From IMG/VR virus record IMGVR_UViG_3300037762_000210, positions 1 to 49,396 of that record: a DNA stretch of 49,396 nucleotides. One strand, 5' to 3'. The notes under the pieces were generated by a model that saw only the letters and a program-made list of their open reading frames with translations, had not been told where the DNA came from and ran no database searches. Positions 29,259 through 38,065 of the stretch are shown piece after piece (position 1 is the first letter of the stretch; every line of letters begins with the position of its first letter). The stretch comes from a virus. Its lineage: Duplodnaviria; Caudoviricetes. The position numbers and the translations under genes were made by a program.

Positions 29259-29324
29259 ATTGGGCCATAGCCCGCTGTCGTTGTCAACTCGGCAGTAGAC
29301 AGGCCCTGGAACCTGAGGTATGGT
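29259..29324. promoter_or_regulatory. Back-to-back sigma70-like promoters
   Basis: Rightward TAGACA(29296-29301)-17 bp-TATGGT(29319-29324); leftward TTGACA(29287-29282)-17 bp-CCCAAT (weak -10); located at the strand switch. Confidence 0.55.
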
Positions 29325-29331
29325 GCGCCCC

Positions 29332-29526
29332 ATGACCCGGCTCACCCAGGACGAGCTGGCGCTGATCGACGAGCGCCGCGCCGCCGCCAAGCGCCGCGCC
29401 GAGGCGCTCGAGCGATACCTTGGCGGGGAGACCGTCACGGCGATCGCCGTCAGCTACCGCCTATCCAAGCAGCGCGTCTCCCAGATGATCAAGCAGGCCA
29501 GGCAAGAGCGGGCGCGCGCGGCATGA
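29332..29526 (+). CDS. Small helix-turn-helix regulator (Cro/sigma-r4-like)
   Basis: GETVTAIAVSYRLSKQRVSQMIK HTH signature. Confidence 0.75.
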   Translation: MTRLTQDELALIDERRAAAKRRAEALERYLGGETVTAIAVSYRLSKQRVSQMIKQARQERARAA

Positions 29527-30440
29527 GCGTCGAGGCACAGAAGTGGGCGATGGACGCAGGCGAAGAACACCACCTCGAGCCCACCAGGCGCTACGTGCTC
29601 CTCCTCCTTGGCAACCTCGCCGACCACCGCGGCGGCAACCTCTACCCCAGCCACGCCTACATCGCCAAGCGCACCGGCTTATCGAAGTCGACCGTGCGCC
29701 GGCACATCGACGGGCTCGAGCAGGCCGGGATCCTCGCCCGCACCCCAGGGGTGCGCCTCAAGGACGGCAGCCAGACCTCGAACCTCTACCAGCTCGCCAT
29801 GGCCCAGCCAGGCTTGGGCCTCGAGGACACCACGCCCCCCATGCCCACCATGAGCACGGGGGGTGCTCATGGGCGAGCACCCCCCCTGTCCATAGCTATG
29901 AGCACCCGTGAAGTGGGAGTTGAAGTGGGAGAGCTAAGAAAGGCTGCCGGGCAGGGCAAGCCCAGCCCGGTCGCCCACCTCTTCAAGGACTACCAAGACG
30001 GCATCGCGCGGCTGTACGGCGCCGAGTACCCCAGGAGCGCCAAGGCGAACGGCCAGCTCGCACTGGTGCTCAAGCTCCTGGGCGCCGACCGCGCCGGCCA
30101 GGCGCTGGCCTTCTACCTGGGCTCGGCCAAGCCCTACTACGCCACCAGGAAGCACGCGCTCGACGTCTTCGTGCGCGACGCGGCCGACCTCTGCGTCGCG
30201 ATGCAGCAGGCCGCTGGCGGGCCTAGGGCGGCCGCGCCTACGCGCGCCGGCGCCTACCTCGAGATCGAAGGCGAGGACGCGCCTGTGCGCATGGCCGACT
30301 ACCCGGTGGGCGAGCCCCTGGACATCGCCAAGCAGTTCGCGAGGGAGTTCGCCTCGCGCGTGAACCGCCCAGGCGTGCGCGTGGTGATGATCAGGATCGG
30401 CGCGCGCGAGACCCGCTTCAAGCAAGAGGAGCTGCGGTGA
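29523..30440 (+). CDS. Replication initiator protein (N-terminal winged HTH)
   Basis: VLLLLGNLAD...YPSHAYIAKRTGLSKSTVRRHI..LE..G...SNLY, a lambda O/HTH_36-type N-domain; internal repeats. Confidence 0.75.
   Translation: MSVEAQKWAMDAGEEHHLEPTRRYVLLLLGNLADHRGGNLYPSHAYIAKRTGLSKSTVRRHIDGLEQAGILARTPGVRLKDGSQTSNLYQLAMAQPGLGLEDTTPPMPTMSTGGAHGRAPPLSIAMSTREVGVEVGELRKAAGQGKPSPVAHLFKDYQDGIARLYGAEYPRSAKANGQLALVLKLLGADRAGQALAFYLGSAKPYYATRKHALDVFVRDAADLCVAMQQAAGGPRAAAPTRAGAYLEIEGEDAPVRMADYPVGEPLDIAKQFAREFASRVNRPGVRVVMIRIGARETRFKQEELR
29840..29910. repeat. Iteron-like repeats (putative replication origin)
   Basis: CATGAGCAC 29849-29857, inverted GTGCTCATG 29863-29871, GCGAGCACCC 29873-29882 and ATGAGCACCC 29898-29907, all inside the initiator linker. 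Confidence 0.55.
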
Positions 30441-30462
30441 GCCTCGTGCCGCAGCGCGCAGC

Positions 30463-30963
30463 ATGATCCTGATCGGCATCGACCCAGGGCTCACGGGCGC
30501 CATCGCCATGCTCGGGCACGACGCCGAGTACCTGCACGTGGCCGACATCCCGACCATGCAGCGCATGGCCGAGCCCAAGAAGGGCCGGGTGATGAACCAG
30601 GTGAACTGGGGCGCCACGCGCGAGCTCCTGAGAACTTGGATCCTCCAGTACGACAGGACCGAGGTCCACGCCGTGATCGAGCTGCCGATCGCCTTCCCAG
30701 GCCAGGACGTGCGCTCGGTGGCCGCCTCGCACCTCACCGCCGGGCACCTCGAGGGGGTCGTGCATTCGCTACGCATCGCCCATACGTTGGTCGCGCCCAA
30801 GGACTGGAAGAAGGCGCTTAACCTGACAAGCAGCAAAGAGCAGGCGCGGGCGGCGGCGATCCGCCGCTGGCCCGACGCCACCACGAGTCTGAAGCGCGTG
30901 ATGGACCACAATCGAGCCGAGGCATTGCTGATCGCGCGCTACGGACACGAGAGATTCGCATGA
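30463..30963 (+). CDS. RuvC-like Holliday junction resolvase
   Basis: ILIGIDPGLTGAIA, VIE, P..WKK and DHNRAEALLIA motifs. Confidence 0.85.
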   Translation: MILIGIDPGLTGAIAMLGHDAEYLHVADIPTMQRMAEPKKGRVMNQVNWGATRELLRTWILQYDRTEVHAVIELPIAFPGQDVRSVAASHLTAGHLEGVVHSLRIAHTLVAPKDWKKALNLTSSKEQARAAAIRRWPDATTSLKRVMDHNRAEALLIARYGHERFA

Positions 30964-31068
30964 ACAGAACGCGCCCGCCCGCCTTGGCCCATCCTGGGCA
31001 TTGCGTTGTCTTCCCTGGCGTGGCGGGCGCTCCAGTGTTAGACCGCAGCGCATAACAGGAGAAAGGAC

Positions 31069-31221
31069 ATGGACGATAACGAGGAATTTCTGGACATCAG
31101 CAATGAGATGGAGCTTGAACTCGACTTCGCCACCGCCTGCAACATGATGCTCGGAAAGCCGTACCACGAAGCTGTTGCAGAGGCGCGGAAGTGGGTAGCC
31201 GAAGCGAAAGAGCCCCGGTAA
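31069..31221 (+). CDS. Small hypothetical protein (50 aa, not in the ORF track)
   Basis: AGGAGAAAGGAC-ATG; MDDNEEFLDIS...EAKEPR. Confidence 0.5.
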   Translation: MDDNEEFLDISNEMELELDFATACNMMLGKPYHEAVAEARKWVAEAKEPR

Positions 31222-31227
31222 GGTTAA

Positions 31228-31711
31228 CCAACGAACGAGAGGAACGACATGGATCGAGCATATCAACAGGAGAACGGAGACATGAACCGCGACGACTGGG
31301 AATTTGAGTACACGGCATCCACGCTGGCCGGTGCTGCGCAAGCGCAACGCGATCATCGGCTAGAGCGCGTGAAGGCGTGGGAGGAGAAGAAAGCCGAGGT
31401 CATGGTGAAGATCAAGGAAACCGGACTCACGGTGGACGAAAGCGTGGCCGAGAGCATGGCGAACTACACCACCAGCGCCCACAACAGGGGCGCTCAGATC
31501 ATGGTGGACACTGGGCTGCAACGCGACCTCAGCGAGTGCGTGCAGAAAATCAGGACGCACCGTGAGGCGGCTACGGCCTATGACGGATGGGTGCAAGTCC
31601 TCGACGCAAACCGAGAGGCGCGTCTGAAGCTGAAGCATGCCGACTGGATGTTCTTCTTCGGCAAGTGAGCGCCCCTATAGGTAACACCAACGAACGAGAG
31701 GAACCACATGG
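31228..31711 (+). repeat. Direct repeat CCAACGAACGAGAGGAAC[G/C]ACATGG at two gene starts
   Basis: Copies begin at 31228 and 31687; each contains the RBS and start codon. Confidence 0.8.
31249..31668 (+). CDS. Hypothetical protein
   Basis: Helical protein ending DWMFFFGK; alternative start at 31282. Confidence 0.7.
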   Translation: MDRAYQQENGDMNRDDWEFEYTASTLAGAAQAQRDHRLERVKAWEEKKAEVMVKIKETGLTVDESVAESMANYTTSAHNRGAQIMVDTGLQRDLSECVQKIRTHREAATAYDGWVQVLDANREARLKLKHADWMFFFGK

Positions 31712-31953
31712 TTATGTGTGCGAAGTTCAACGGCAGGCCGGTATCCGCCTGTACGCGCGGCGAAGGCTGTGTCTGCCTGAAAGAACGCTTTGCAGAATAT
31801 CTGTCTGAGTCCTCATTCTCTCAAGCTCGGATTGTACGCCACGAGGCAGACGAAGCAGAGAACGCGCCAATCCATTGCAGACATCCACAATGCCGCAATG
31901 ACTCAGGAGATTGTGAGGGCGCTTGTGCTGAAACCGATAGGAGAGAAAAATGA
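31708..31953 (+). CDS. Cys-rich hypothetical protein
   Basis: Starts at the repeated RBS element. Confidence 0.5.
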   Translation: MVMCAKFNGRPVSACTRGEGCVCLKERFAEYLSESSFSQARIVRHEADEAENAPIHCRHPQCRNDSGDCEGACAETDRREK

Positions 31954-32153
31954 GCTTCACCCTTATCTACGCTGAAAGACTTGGCGACCCTGACAAGGGC
32001 GAGCCGTACATTGCCGAGCGCGGAGTGTTCTACAGCATTGCCGAGTTTGCCCCATATCGCGCCATTGGGTGGTCAGGCACCGGCGAGACAAACTCACAAG
32101 CAGACGCTTACCTGTTTGCGTTAGGTGCACAGGAGTTAAACCACGATGGCTAA
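31950..32153 (+). CDS. Hypothetical protein
   Basis: AGGAG RBS; ATGA overlap. Confidence 0.5.
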   Translation: MSFTLIYAERLGDPDKGEPYIAERGVFYSIAEFAPYRAIGWSGTGETNSQADAYLFALGAQELNHDG

Positions 32154-32442
32154 AGCAGGCTATCCGGGGTTTGAATTGACCGTAGCGGCCCGTAGCAGAA
32201 AGATGTCCAAAGACGCGGCCATCATGCTTCTGCGCGAAACTCAAGCAGAAGTTAGGTTCGTTAAAAAGAGGGCGAAGGAATGGAGAAAAGGGTACGAAAG
32301 ATATGAGCATATTCGCACCTTTACCCCATACGATTTCCGCAATCTATGGGAACAGGGACTGCACGGTACAGGGCTAGATGAATTAGTGGACATCAGCATC
32401 GCTAGACGCGCTGGACTCATCAAGGCGAAGGGGTCCGCATGA
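32146..32442 (+). CDS. Hypothetical protein
   Basis: AGGAG RBS; overlaps the previous gene. Confidence 0.5.
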   Translation: MAKAGYPGFELTVAARSRKMSKDAAIMLLRETQAEVRFVKKRAKEWRKGYERYEHIRTFTPYDFRNLWEQGLHGTGLDELVDISIARRAGLIKAKGSA

Positions 32443-32482
32443 CCCTTCGCCCAATCTTCGGCACTGGCGCTGTAGAGGGGCA

Positions 32483-33202
32483 ATGACTCTCCGTGTCCTC
32501 GACCTTTTCTCAGGCATCGGCGGATTCAGCCTCGGACTCGAAAGAGCCGGGATGCGAACCGTCGCGTTCTGTGAAATCGACGAATACAACCGCTGGCATC
32601 TCCGCCGGCGCTGGCCAGGAGTCCCCATCTTTGAGGACGTGCGCTCGCTCAGAGCGGATCAAGTTGGGGGCGCCGAACTTATTTGTGGAGGGTTTCCTTG
32701 CCAGGACATCAGCAATGCTGGCCTCCGCGTGGGCATCGAGGGCGAACGCTCTAGCCTATGGCGAGAGTTCAGCCGTCTCATTGGCGAGCTTCGACCACGC
32801 TTCGCAATCGTGGAGAACGTCGCAGCGATCAATTTTCGAGGGCTGGGATTTGTTCTCGGAGACCTTGCCTCGCTCGGGTATGACGCGGAGTGGCACGTTA
32901 TTCCGGCTGAGTCCCTTGGCGCCCCGCACGAGCGAGAACGCTGCTGGATTGTTGCCTACCCCCAGGGTGAGTCGCGGCTTTACCAACCCCACATTGCGAA
33001 AGCCGCGGCCAGACTGCTTACCGACGCGCCTGCTTGGGCAAGCTGTCCTTGGGACTCGGCCTCTGCCTGCCTTTGTCGAGTGGATGATGGGATTCCCGAT
33101 CGGGTGGTTGACACAGAAAGGTTCGGAAACTCAGTCATCCCCCAAATCCCGGAGGTACTTGGACGAGCACTACTCGAAGCGGAGGCGGAATGTCTCGTCT
33201 GA
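32483..33202 (+). CDS. DNA (cytosine-5) methyltransferase, large (alpha) polypeptide
   Basis: Motif I DLFSGIGG, IV GGFPCQD, VI ENV, VIII PHERER and X GNSVIPQ; very short between VIII and X. Confidence 0.9.
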   Translation: MTLRVLDLFSGIGGFSLGLERAGMRTVAFCEIDEYNRWHLRRRWPGVPIFEDVRSLRADQVGGAELICGGFPCQDISNAGLRVGIEGERSSLWREFSRLIGELRPRFAIVENVAAINFRGLGFVLGDLASLGYDAEWHVIPAESLGAPHERERCWIVAYPQGESRLYQPHIAKAAARLLTDAPAWASCPWDSASACLCRVDDGIPDRVVDTERFGNSVIPQIPEVLGRALLEAEAECLV

Positions 33203-33206
33203 CTAA
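32715..33206 (+). CDS. Nested alternative-frame polypeptide, putative beta subunit of the C5 methyltransferase
   Basis: +1 frame is open 32493-33206; SWRTSQ, PRSGM, LPTP and FVEWMMGFPIGW (motif IX-like); start codon uncertain. Confidence 0.65.
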   Translation: MLASAWASRANALAYGESSAVSLASFDHASQSWRTSQRSIFEGWDLFSETLPRSGMTRSGTLFRLSPLAPRTSENAAGLLPTPRVSRGFTNPTLRKPRPDCLPTRLLGQAVLGTRPLPAFVEWMMGFPIGWLTQKGSETQSSPKSRRYLDEHYSKRRRNVSSD

Positions 33207-33227
33207 CCCGGCGAGTGTAGAGCAGCA

Positions 33228-34247
33228 ATGACCGTGCGCATCCTCCAAGGCGACTGCCGCGACGTGCTCAAGACGCTGCCCGACGAGTCGGTGAATTGCG
33301 TGGTGACGAGCCCTCCCTACTGGCGCCAGCGCGACTACGGGCACCCTGGGCAGCTGGGCCTCGAGCGCACGCCGGAGGAGTACATCACCAAGCTGGTGGG
33401 TATCTTCGCTGAGTGCCGGCGCATCCTGAAGCCTCGTGGAACGTGCTGGGTGAACCTCGGCGACAAGTGGGCATCCGGTGGCAACGGTGGCGGCGGCTCG
33501 CTCATGGAGGACCGTGGGCCCGCTTGGGCGCACGCCAAGGACACGAAGGGCTGGCGCTCCCAGCCGACCGGATACAAGGACAAGGATCTGGTGGGCGTGC
33601 CGTGGATGTTCGCCTTTGCCGCCCGCGCCGAGGGCTGGTATCTCAGGCAGTGCAACGTGTGGGCCAAGCCGAACTGCATGCCGGAGTCCGTCACGGACCG
33701 CTCGACGGCCGCGCATGAGTACGTTTTCCACCTCACGAAGAACAACGACTACTGGTACGACGCCGAGGCCGCCAGGACGCCATCCACGCCTGGCACCGAG
33801 ACGCGCCTACAGCAGAACGTCGAAGCCCAGGAAGGCAGCGCCAGGGCGAACGGCGGGGCTAAGACGAACGGCCCGATGAAAGCCGTATCCCGCAAGGTGG
33901 CCGCCGGCAACGCGAGGACCACCGCTGCGGCAGCGCCAGGCATTGATGACCGCAAGCACCAGGACTACGGCGGTGCGAACCTGCGCTCGGTCTGGTGGGT
34001 CAGCCCGGCTCAGTACCGCGAGGGCCACTACGCCGTCATGCCGGACACCATAGCCGAAATCTGCATCACCGCAGGCTGCCCTATCGGCGGGACGGTTTTG
34101 GATCCTTTCGGTGGCGCAGGGACCACCGGGCTGGTAGCCGATCGTATGGGCCGCAACGCCATCCTGATCGAACTGAACCCGGAATACGCGGAAATGGCAA
34201 AGCGCAGGATTACGAACGACTCACCGCTGTTCGCGGAGGTTTCGTGA
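33228..34247 (+). CDS. DNA amino-methyltransferase (beta class, N4-C or N6-A)
   Basis: TSPPY catalytic motif precedes DPFGGAGTT; WAKPNCMPESV and HEYVF motifs. Confidence 0.9.
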   Translation: MTVRILQGDCRDVLKTLPDESVNCVVTSPPYWRQRDYGHPGQLGLERTPEEYITKLVGIFAECRRILKPRGTCWVNLGDKWASGGNGGGGSLMEDRGPAWAHAKDTKGWRSQPTGYKDKDLVGVPWMFAFAARAEGWYLRQCNVWAKPNCMPESVTDRSTAAHEYVFHLTKNNDYWYDAEAARTPSTPGTETRLQQNVEAQEGSARANGGAKTNGPMKAVSRKVAAGNARTTAAAAPGIDDRKHQDYGGANLRSVWWVSPAQYREGHYAVMPDTIAEICITAGCPIGGTVLDPFGGAGTTGLVADRMGRNAILIELNPEYAEMAKRRITNDSPLFAEVS

Positions 34248-34287
34248 ATTGCGGCGCAAACAGCTACACAACGAAGCAGGAGGAACG

Positions 34288-34515
34288 ATGACACGGCAAG
34301 AGCATTTGCAGTGGTGCAAGGATCGAGCGATGGAGTACGTCAACCAAGGCGACCTGCTCAATGGCGTCACGTCCATGATGTCCGATCTGGAGAAGCACGA
34401 CGAAACGCGGCAGAAGCCCGGCAGCGTACTCAGCATGCTCGGGATCATGGCCGCGCAACAGGCCCAAGCTGGCGACCGTGATGGCGTGGTGCGCTACATC
34501 CAGGGGTTCAACTGA
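34288..34515 (+). CDS. Hypothetical protein
   Basis: AGGAGG RBS; MTRQEHLQWCKDRAMEY...SMMSDL.KH.ET...YIQGFN. Confidence 0.7.
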   Translation: MTRQEHLQWCKDRAMEYVNQGDLLNGVTSMMSDLEKHDETRQKPGSVLSMLGIMAAQQAQAGDRDGVVRYIQGFN

Positions 34516-34724
34516 TGGCTGCTCCCAACCAACGCAGTACCCCACACCGCAAGGCGCGTGCAGCAACTCTGGCGAAGCGCCGCGTTCTCGCCAAGCACCC
34601 GCGTGCGTTCGGCTGGAGGCAATTCAGCGTATCGGACTACACAGTGACGGACGGCAATGGCACCGACCTGGCATCCGCCTACTACGCGAAGGATGCGTGG
34701 ATTAAAGCAGCGAGGAACATATGA
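34515..34724 (+). CDS. Hypothetical protein
   Basis: TGATG overlap; ends AWIKAARNI. Confidence 0.5.
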   Translation: MAAPNQRSTPHRKARAATLAKRRVLAKHPRAFGWRQFSVSDYTVTDGNGTDLASAYYAKDAWIKAARNI

Positions 34725-34884
34725 GCCAGTCTGCGGCATGTTGGCTACTAGCAGCATCAATCCTGCTGACCGGATGCAACGAATCTGCCGAGGAGCGCTT
34801 GGTAAAGCAGCGTAAAGCGTGCCTAGAGCTTGGTGGTACGTGGGCCTATCCAGCGTGGTTTCCATGCACCTACAAGGAGAAGAA

Positions 34885-35232
34885 ATGACTTCGCCCAATG
34901 AGGCACCGAGCGCAGTGATGGCAGCAATCGACAAGGCGCTGCGGCACGTCGCTGACATTTGCACAGGTAAGGAACGTTGGACGATGCGCATTCCATGTCA
35001 GCCAGACACGGATTCGGACTGCGTGATCGCTGACGCGCTCATGGGCGCGAAGAAGGCGCTGCAATCTGCCACACAGCGAAGCGAGCCGGATGCCGCCGCG
35101 CTCCGATACCTGCTCGACAGTACGGCCCCCGATGGCCAATGGGCAGATCAAGCCGTCCACAACTTTGTCGGCGCGATGCTCAAGCAATCGCCCCCGCCTG
35201 CGAAAGGAAAGAGCGAGAGCAACGATGCATAA
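34885..35232 (+). CDS. Hypothetical protein
   Basis: AAGGAG RBS; WTMRIPCQPDTDSD motif. Confidence 0.55.
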   Translation: MTSPNEAPSAVMAAIDKALRHVADICTGKERWTMRIPCQPDTDSDCVIADALMGAKKALQSATQRSEPDAAALRYLLDSTAPDGQWADQAVHNFVGAMLKQSPPPAKGKSESNDA

Positions 35233-35764
35233 GTGCCCCAAATGCGGAAACAATGTGCCCGGCAACAAAGGCGGGCTTCAGACGCACATTCGCTACTGCC
35301 AGTGGGACTATGTTCCTGTGTTTTGGAGCCGCGTAGAGAAAACGGCGACCTGCTGGTACTGGAAAGGTGCCAGAACTTCGGACGGGTATGGGAGTATCAG
35401 AATTTCTAGAAAACACATCCACGCCCATCGGTACTCTTACGAGTTGGCGAACGGGCCTGTACCTGCAGGGCTGATCCTAATGCACTCCTGTGACGTGCCG
35501 CATTGTGTTAATCCGGCGCATTTACGAACCGGGACGCACATGGACAACATGGCTGATATGGCAGCCAAGGGACGGCGTGCTGTTGGTGAACAGTGCCCGC
35601 GCAGGAAGCTCTCAGAGGCGCAGGCAAGGCATGTTCTAGCCAACAAGGGGAAGATTCCTGCAGGCGACTTGGCAGACCTCTACGGCGTTCGAAACGGTGC
35701 CATTGAGTCGATTTGGGCGGGACGGGCTTGGAAACATCTTCAGGAGAACAACCGTGGGCGATAG
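35225..35764 (+). CDS. HNH homing endonuclease
   Basis: FWSRVEK..CWYWKG...GYG...AHRYSY...MHSCD...CVNPAHL..GT..DN..D...KGR followed by a C-terminal HTH. Confidence 0.85.
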   Translation: MHKCPKCGNNVPGNKGGLQTHIRYCQWDYVPVFWSRVEKTATCWYWKGARTSDGYGSIRISRKHIHAHRYSYELANGPVPAGLILMHSCDVPHCVNPAHLRTGTHMDNMADMAAKGRRAVGEQCPRRKLSEAQARHVLANKGKIPAGDLADLYGVRNGAIESIWAGRAWKHLQENNRGR

Positions 35765-36500
35765 CTGCAAAGAGAAGTTGCAGCGATGCTATCTCGCTGG
35801 CCCGATGCGCGGCATCCCCGAGTACAACTTCCCGGCGTTCTACGCTGCGGCGGCTTCACTGCGGGCGCGAGGCATCGAGGTTTGGAGCCCGGCCGAGCAT
35901 GACGTACACGCAGACGGCTTCAACCCGGTAACGGACACGCACCAGCCGATGCGCCACTACATGAAGCGCGATCTTCCGGCCGTGCTGGACGCCGATTTCG
36001 TGGCTGTGCTGCCCGGGTGGGAGAACAGTCAGGGGGCGAAGTTGGAGGTAGCCGTGGCTCGCGCCTGCGACATTCCTGTGCTGCATGCTGCCGACCTATC
36101 GCCAGTGTCCGCAAACCCGCCAGTAGAGAAGTCCGGGCCATGCAGCATCTGCGGCTTTTCGGACTGGCCCAAGGACTGCCCAGGCCGCAAGAACGATGAC
36201 GGGACGGCGTGCGCCTATGTCGGGCAGCTTCAGCGGGAGTTGGCCGAGATGTCCGCGATCAATCATCGGCTAGCGGCGAATCAGATCGGGCTGCGGTCCG
36301 CAACACCAGCGAGCGATGTTGAGAGGATGAAGTCCGCGATCCGCGAGTTGTGCTACCAGCAAGGAGAGGCTCCGGGCTTCCAGCACATCTACTACTGCCG
36401 CTGGTGCCACTACGCGAGCGGCCATGCGCATCACCAGGATTGCATCATGGAGATAGCCACCGCAGATAACACCAGCAAACGGGATGGCGAAGGTGCGTAA
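35754..36500 (+). CDS. DUF4406-like (nucleoside 2-deoxyribosyltransferase-fold) protein with C-terminal extension
   Basis: YLAGPMRG.P.YNFPAF...SPA...LPGWENSQGAKLE; GTG start after AGGAG. Confidence 0.75.
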   Translation: MGDSCKEKLQRCYLAGPMRGIPEYNFPAFYAAAASLRARGIEVWSPAEHDVHADGFNPVTDTHQPMRHYMKRDLPAVLDADFVAVLPGWENSQGAKLEVAVARACDIPVLHAADLSPVSANPPVEKSGPCSICGFSDWPKDCPGRKNDDGTACAYVGQLQRELAEMSAINHRLAANQIGLRSATPASDVERMKSAIRELCYQQGEAPGFQHIYYCRWCHYASGHAHHQDCIMEIATADNTSKRDGEGA

Positions 36501-37125
36501 GGAAGTCATCGGGAACGCGACGTTGTACCTCGGGGACTGCCTGACGGTACTGCCGACGCTCGCCAAGGCCGACTGCGTGATAACGGACCCGCCCTACGGT
36601 ATCAACTGGGTGCCGCGAGTGAACCACCGCGAGCAGATATGGGTGGACGACAAGGCGTTCGACCCGACGCCATTCCTTGCCTCTGCGAGCAAGTACCTGT
36701 TCTGGGGTGCCAACTACTTCTGCCACCTACTGCCGCCGACCGAGGCGTGGTTCGTCTGGCTCAAGCGTGCCGAGGGTTGGGAGGACAACGTAAACACCTT
36801 CGCCCCTTGCGAGATGGCATGGAGCAACTTCCCAGGAAAGCAGCGCATCAAGCGTCATTGCTGGAACGGGGCCTATCGGGCCGGGGATGGCGAGAACCGT
36901 GAGTTCCTGCACCCATCGCAGAAGCCCGTGGAGATTATTAGCTGGTGCGTCCGCGAATCGAAGTCAGAGGTCATACTTGACCCGTTCATGGGCAGCGGAA
37001 CAACCGGGGTTGCCTGCGCGAAGCTAGGAAAGCAGTTCATCGGTATTGAGATTGAGCCGCGTTACTTCGACATCGCTTGCCGCCGGATTGAGGATGCGCA
37101 GCGACAGGAGAGGCTATTCGCATGA
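36484..37125 (+). CDS. DNA adenine methyltransferase (beta class)
   Basis: LYLGDC, TDPPYG, HPSQKP and DPFMGSGTT motifs. Confidence 0.9.
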   Translation: MAKVRKEVIGNATLYLGDCLTVLPTLAKADCVITDPPYGINWVPRVNHREQIWVDDKAFDPTPFLASASKYLFWGANYFCHLLPPTEAWFVWLKRAEGWEDNVNTFAPCEMAWSNFPGKQRIKRHCWNGAYRAGDGENREFLHPSQKPVEIISWCVRESKSEVILDPFMGSGTTGVACAKLGKQFIGIEIEPRYFDIACRRIEDAQRQERLFA

Positions 37126-37168
37126 GCCTTCGCCCTTCGGAGAGCCGGGGCGCTGTCAAGGGGAAAGA

Positions 37169-37357
37169 ATGATCTTCACCACACATACTGAAATCACGTT
37201 CGTCTGCAGTAATACAACGGGCTGGTGGTACGAATCCACCAAGCCGCCAACGTGGGCTGACGCGATGCTCCTGATCAGGGAGCGCGCCATTGCAAAAGGT
37301 CTGCGGCTGCTGGATTGGGAAGAGATCGCTGCAGTTTCCACTAGGAGCAAGGAATGA
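37169..37357 (+). CDS. Hypothetical protein
   Basis: ATG at 37169; overlaps the next gene. Confidence 0.4.
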   Translation: MIFTTHTEITFVCSNTTGWWYESTKPPTWADAMLLIRERAIAKGLRLLDWEEIAAVSTRSKE

Positions 37358-37644
37358 AGTTACCAATCAAGAGCATCATGGCCTGCGGCCAGGGTCTAGA
37401 GGAGTACGACCTCACAGACGCAGACGGAGTTCTCATTGGAACTGTCTATGAGTGGGGTGCTGCGGTGAAGATCGTAGACGCAATGAATCGCTCCGGTGAA
37501 GCTGTGGAGCGTGACGCGGAGCGGTACAGGTGGATCAGGACGCATCGCAACGGGGCCAGGATTGATGTTTGGATCGGGTCTGAGGATGGGCCTGAGCAGT
37601 TTGATGCCGCAATAGATTCCTGCACTAGATCAGAGGGGAAATAG
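37354..37644 (+). CDS. Hypothetical protein
   Basis: RDAERYRW...DAAID motif common in phage accessory genes. Confidence 0.65.
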   Translation: MKLPIKSIMACGQGLEEYDLTDADGVLIGTVYEWGAAVKIVDAMNRSGEAVERDAERYRWIRTHRNGARIDVWIGSEDGPEQFDAAIDSCTRSEGK

Positions 37645-37862
37645 TGCGCAGACACCAACTCAAGGCGGGCACCGAATGTAGGTTGCGCGGCAATTCCTAC
37701 ATGCGCTGCCGCGTCAAGCGCATCCTGCCTGTCGGCAGTCATGGGCGCCGGTGTGTGTTGGTGGAATGCGAATGCACCCCACACAGAGACTGGAGCTTTG
37801 TCCTAATCAAAACGTTTCGGATGGTAGACCTAATACCTTCGCCCGATGGAGATCAGAAATGA
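37644..37862 (+). CDS. Hypothetical protein
   Basis: Overlapping start/stop on both sides. Confidence 0.45.
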   Translation: MRRHQLKAGTECRLRGNSYMRCRVKRILPVGSHGRRCVLVECECTPHRDWSFVLIKTFRMVDLIPSPDGDQK

Positions 37863-37972
37863 GCGAGAGCAGCAAGGTTAGCGGTGTCGATTTCCTGATT
37901 ATGGTTGTGGTCGCCTTTTTTATTCTCGCTCCGGCGCTAGATTGGTGGCTGCATTTATTCGAGCCGAGATGA
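37859..37972 (+). CDS. Small membrane protein
   Basis: 37 aa with hydrophobic FLIMVVVAFFILAP; GGAG RBS. Confidence 0.4.
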   Translation: MSESSKVSGVDFLIMVVVAFFILAPALDWWLHLFEPR

Positions 37973-38065
37973 ACCGTCATATGGAGAATGAGCAGAAATA
38001 GTGAGGGCCACCGCTAGCACGGTAGCCCTCGGGTGTCGCCAACCAGCCTAAGGAAACTATACACC

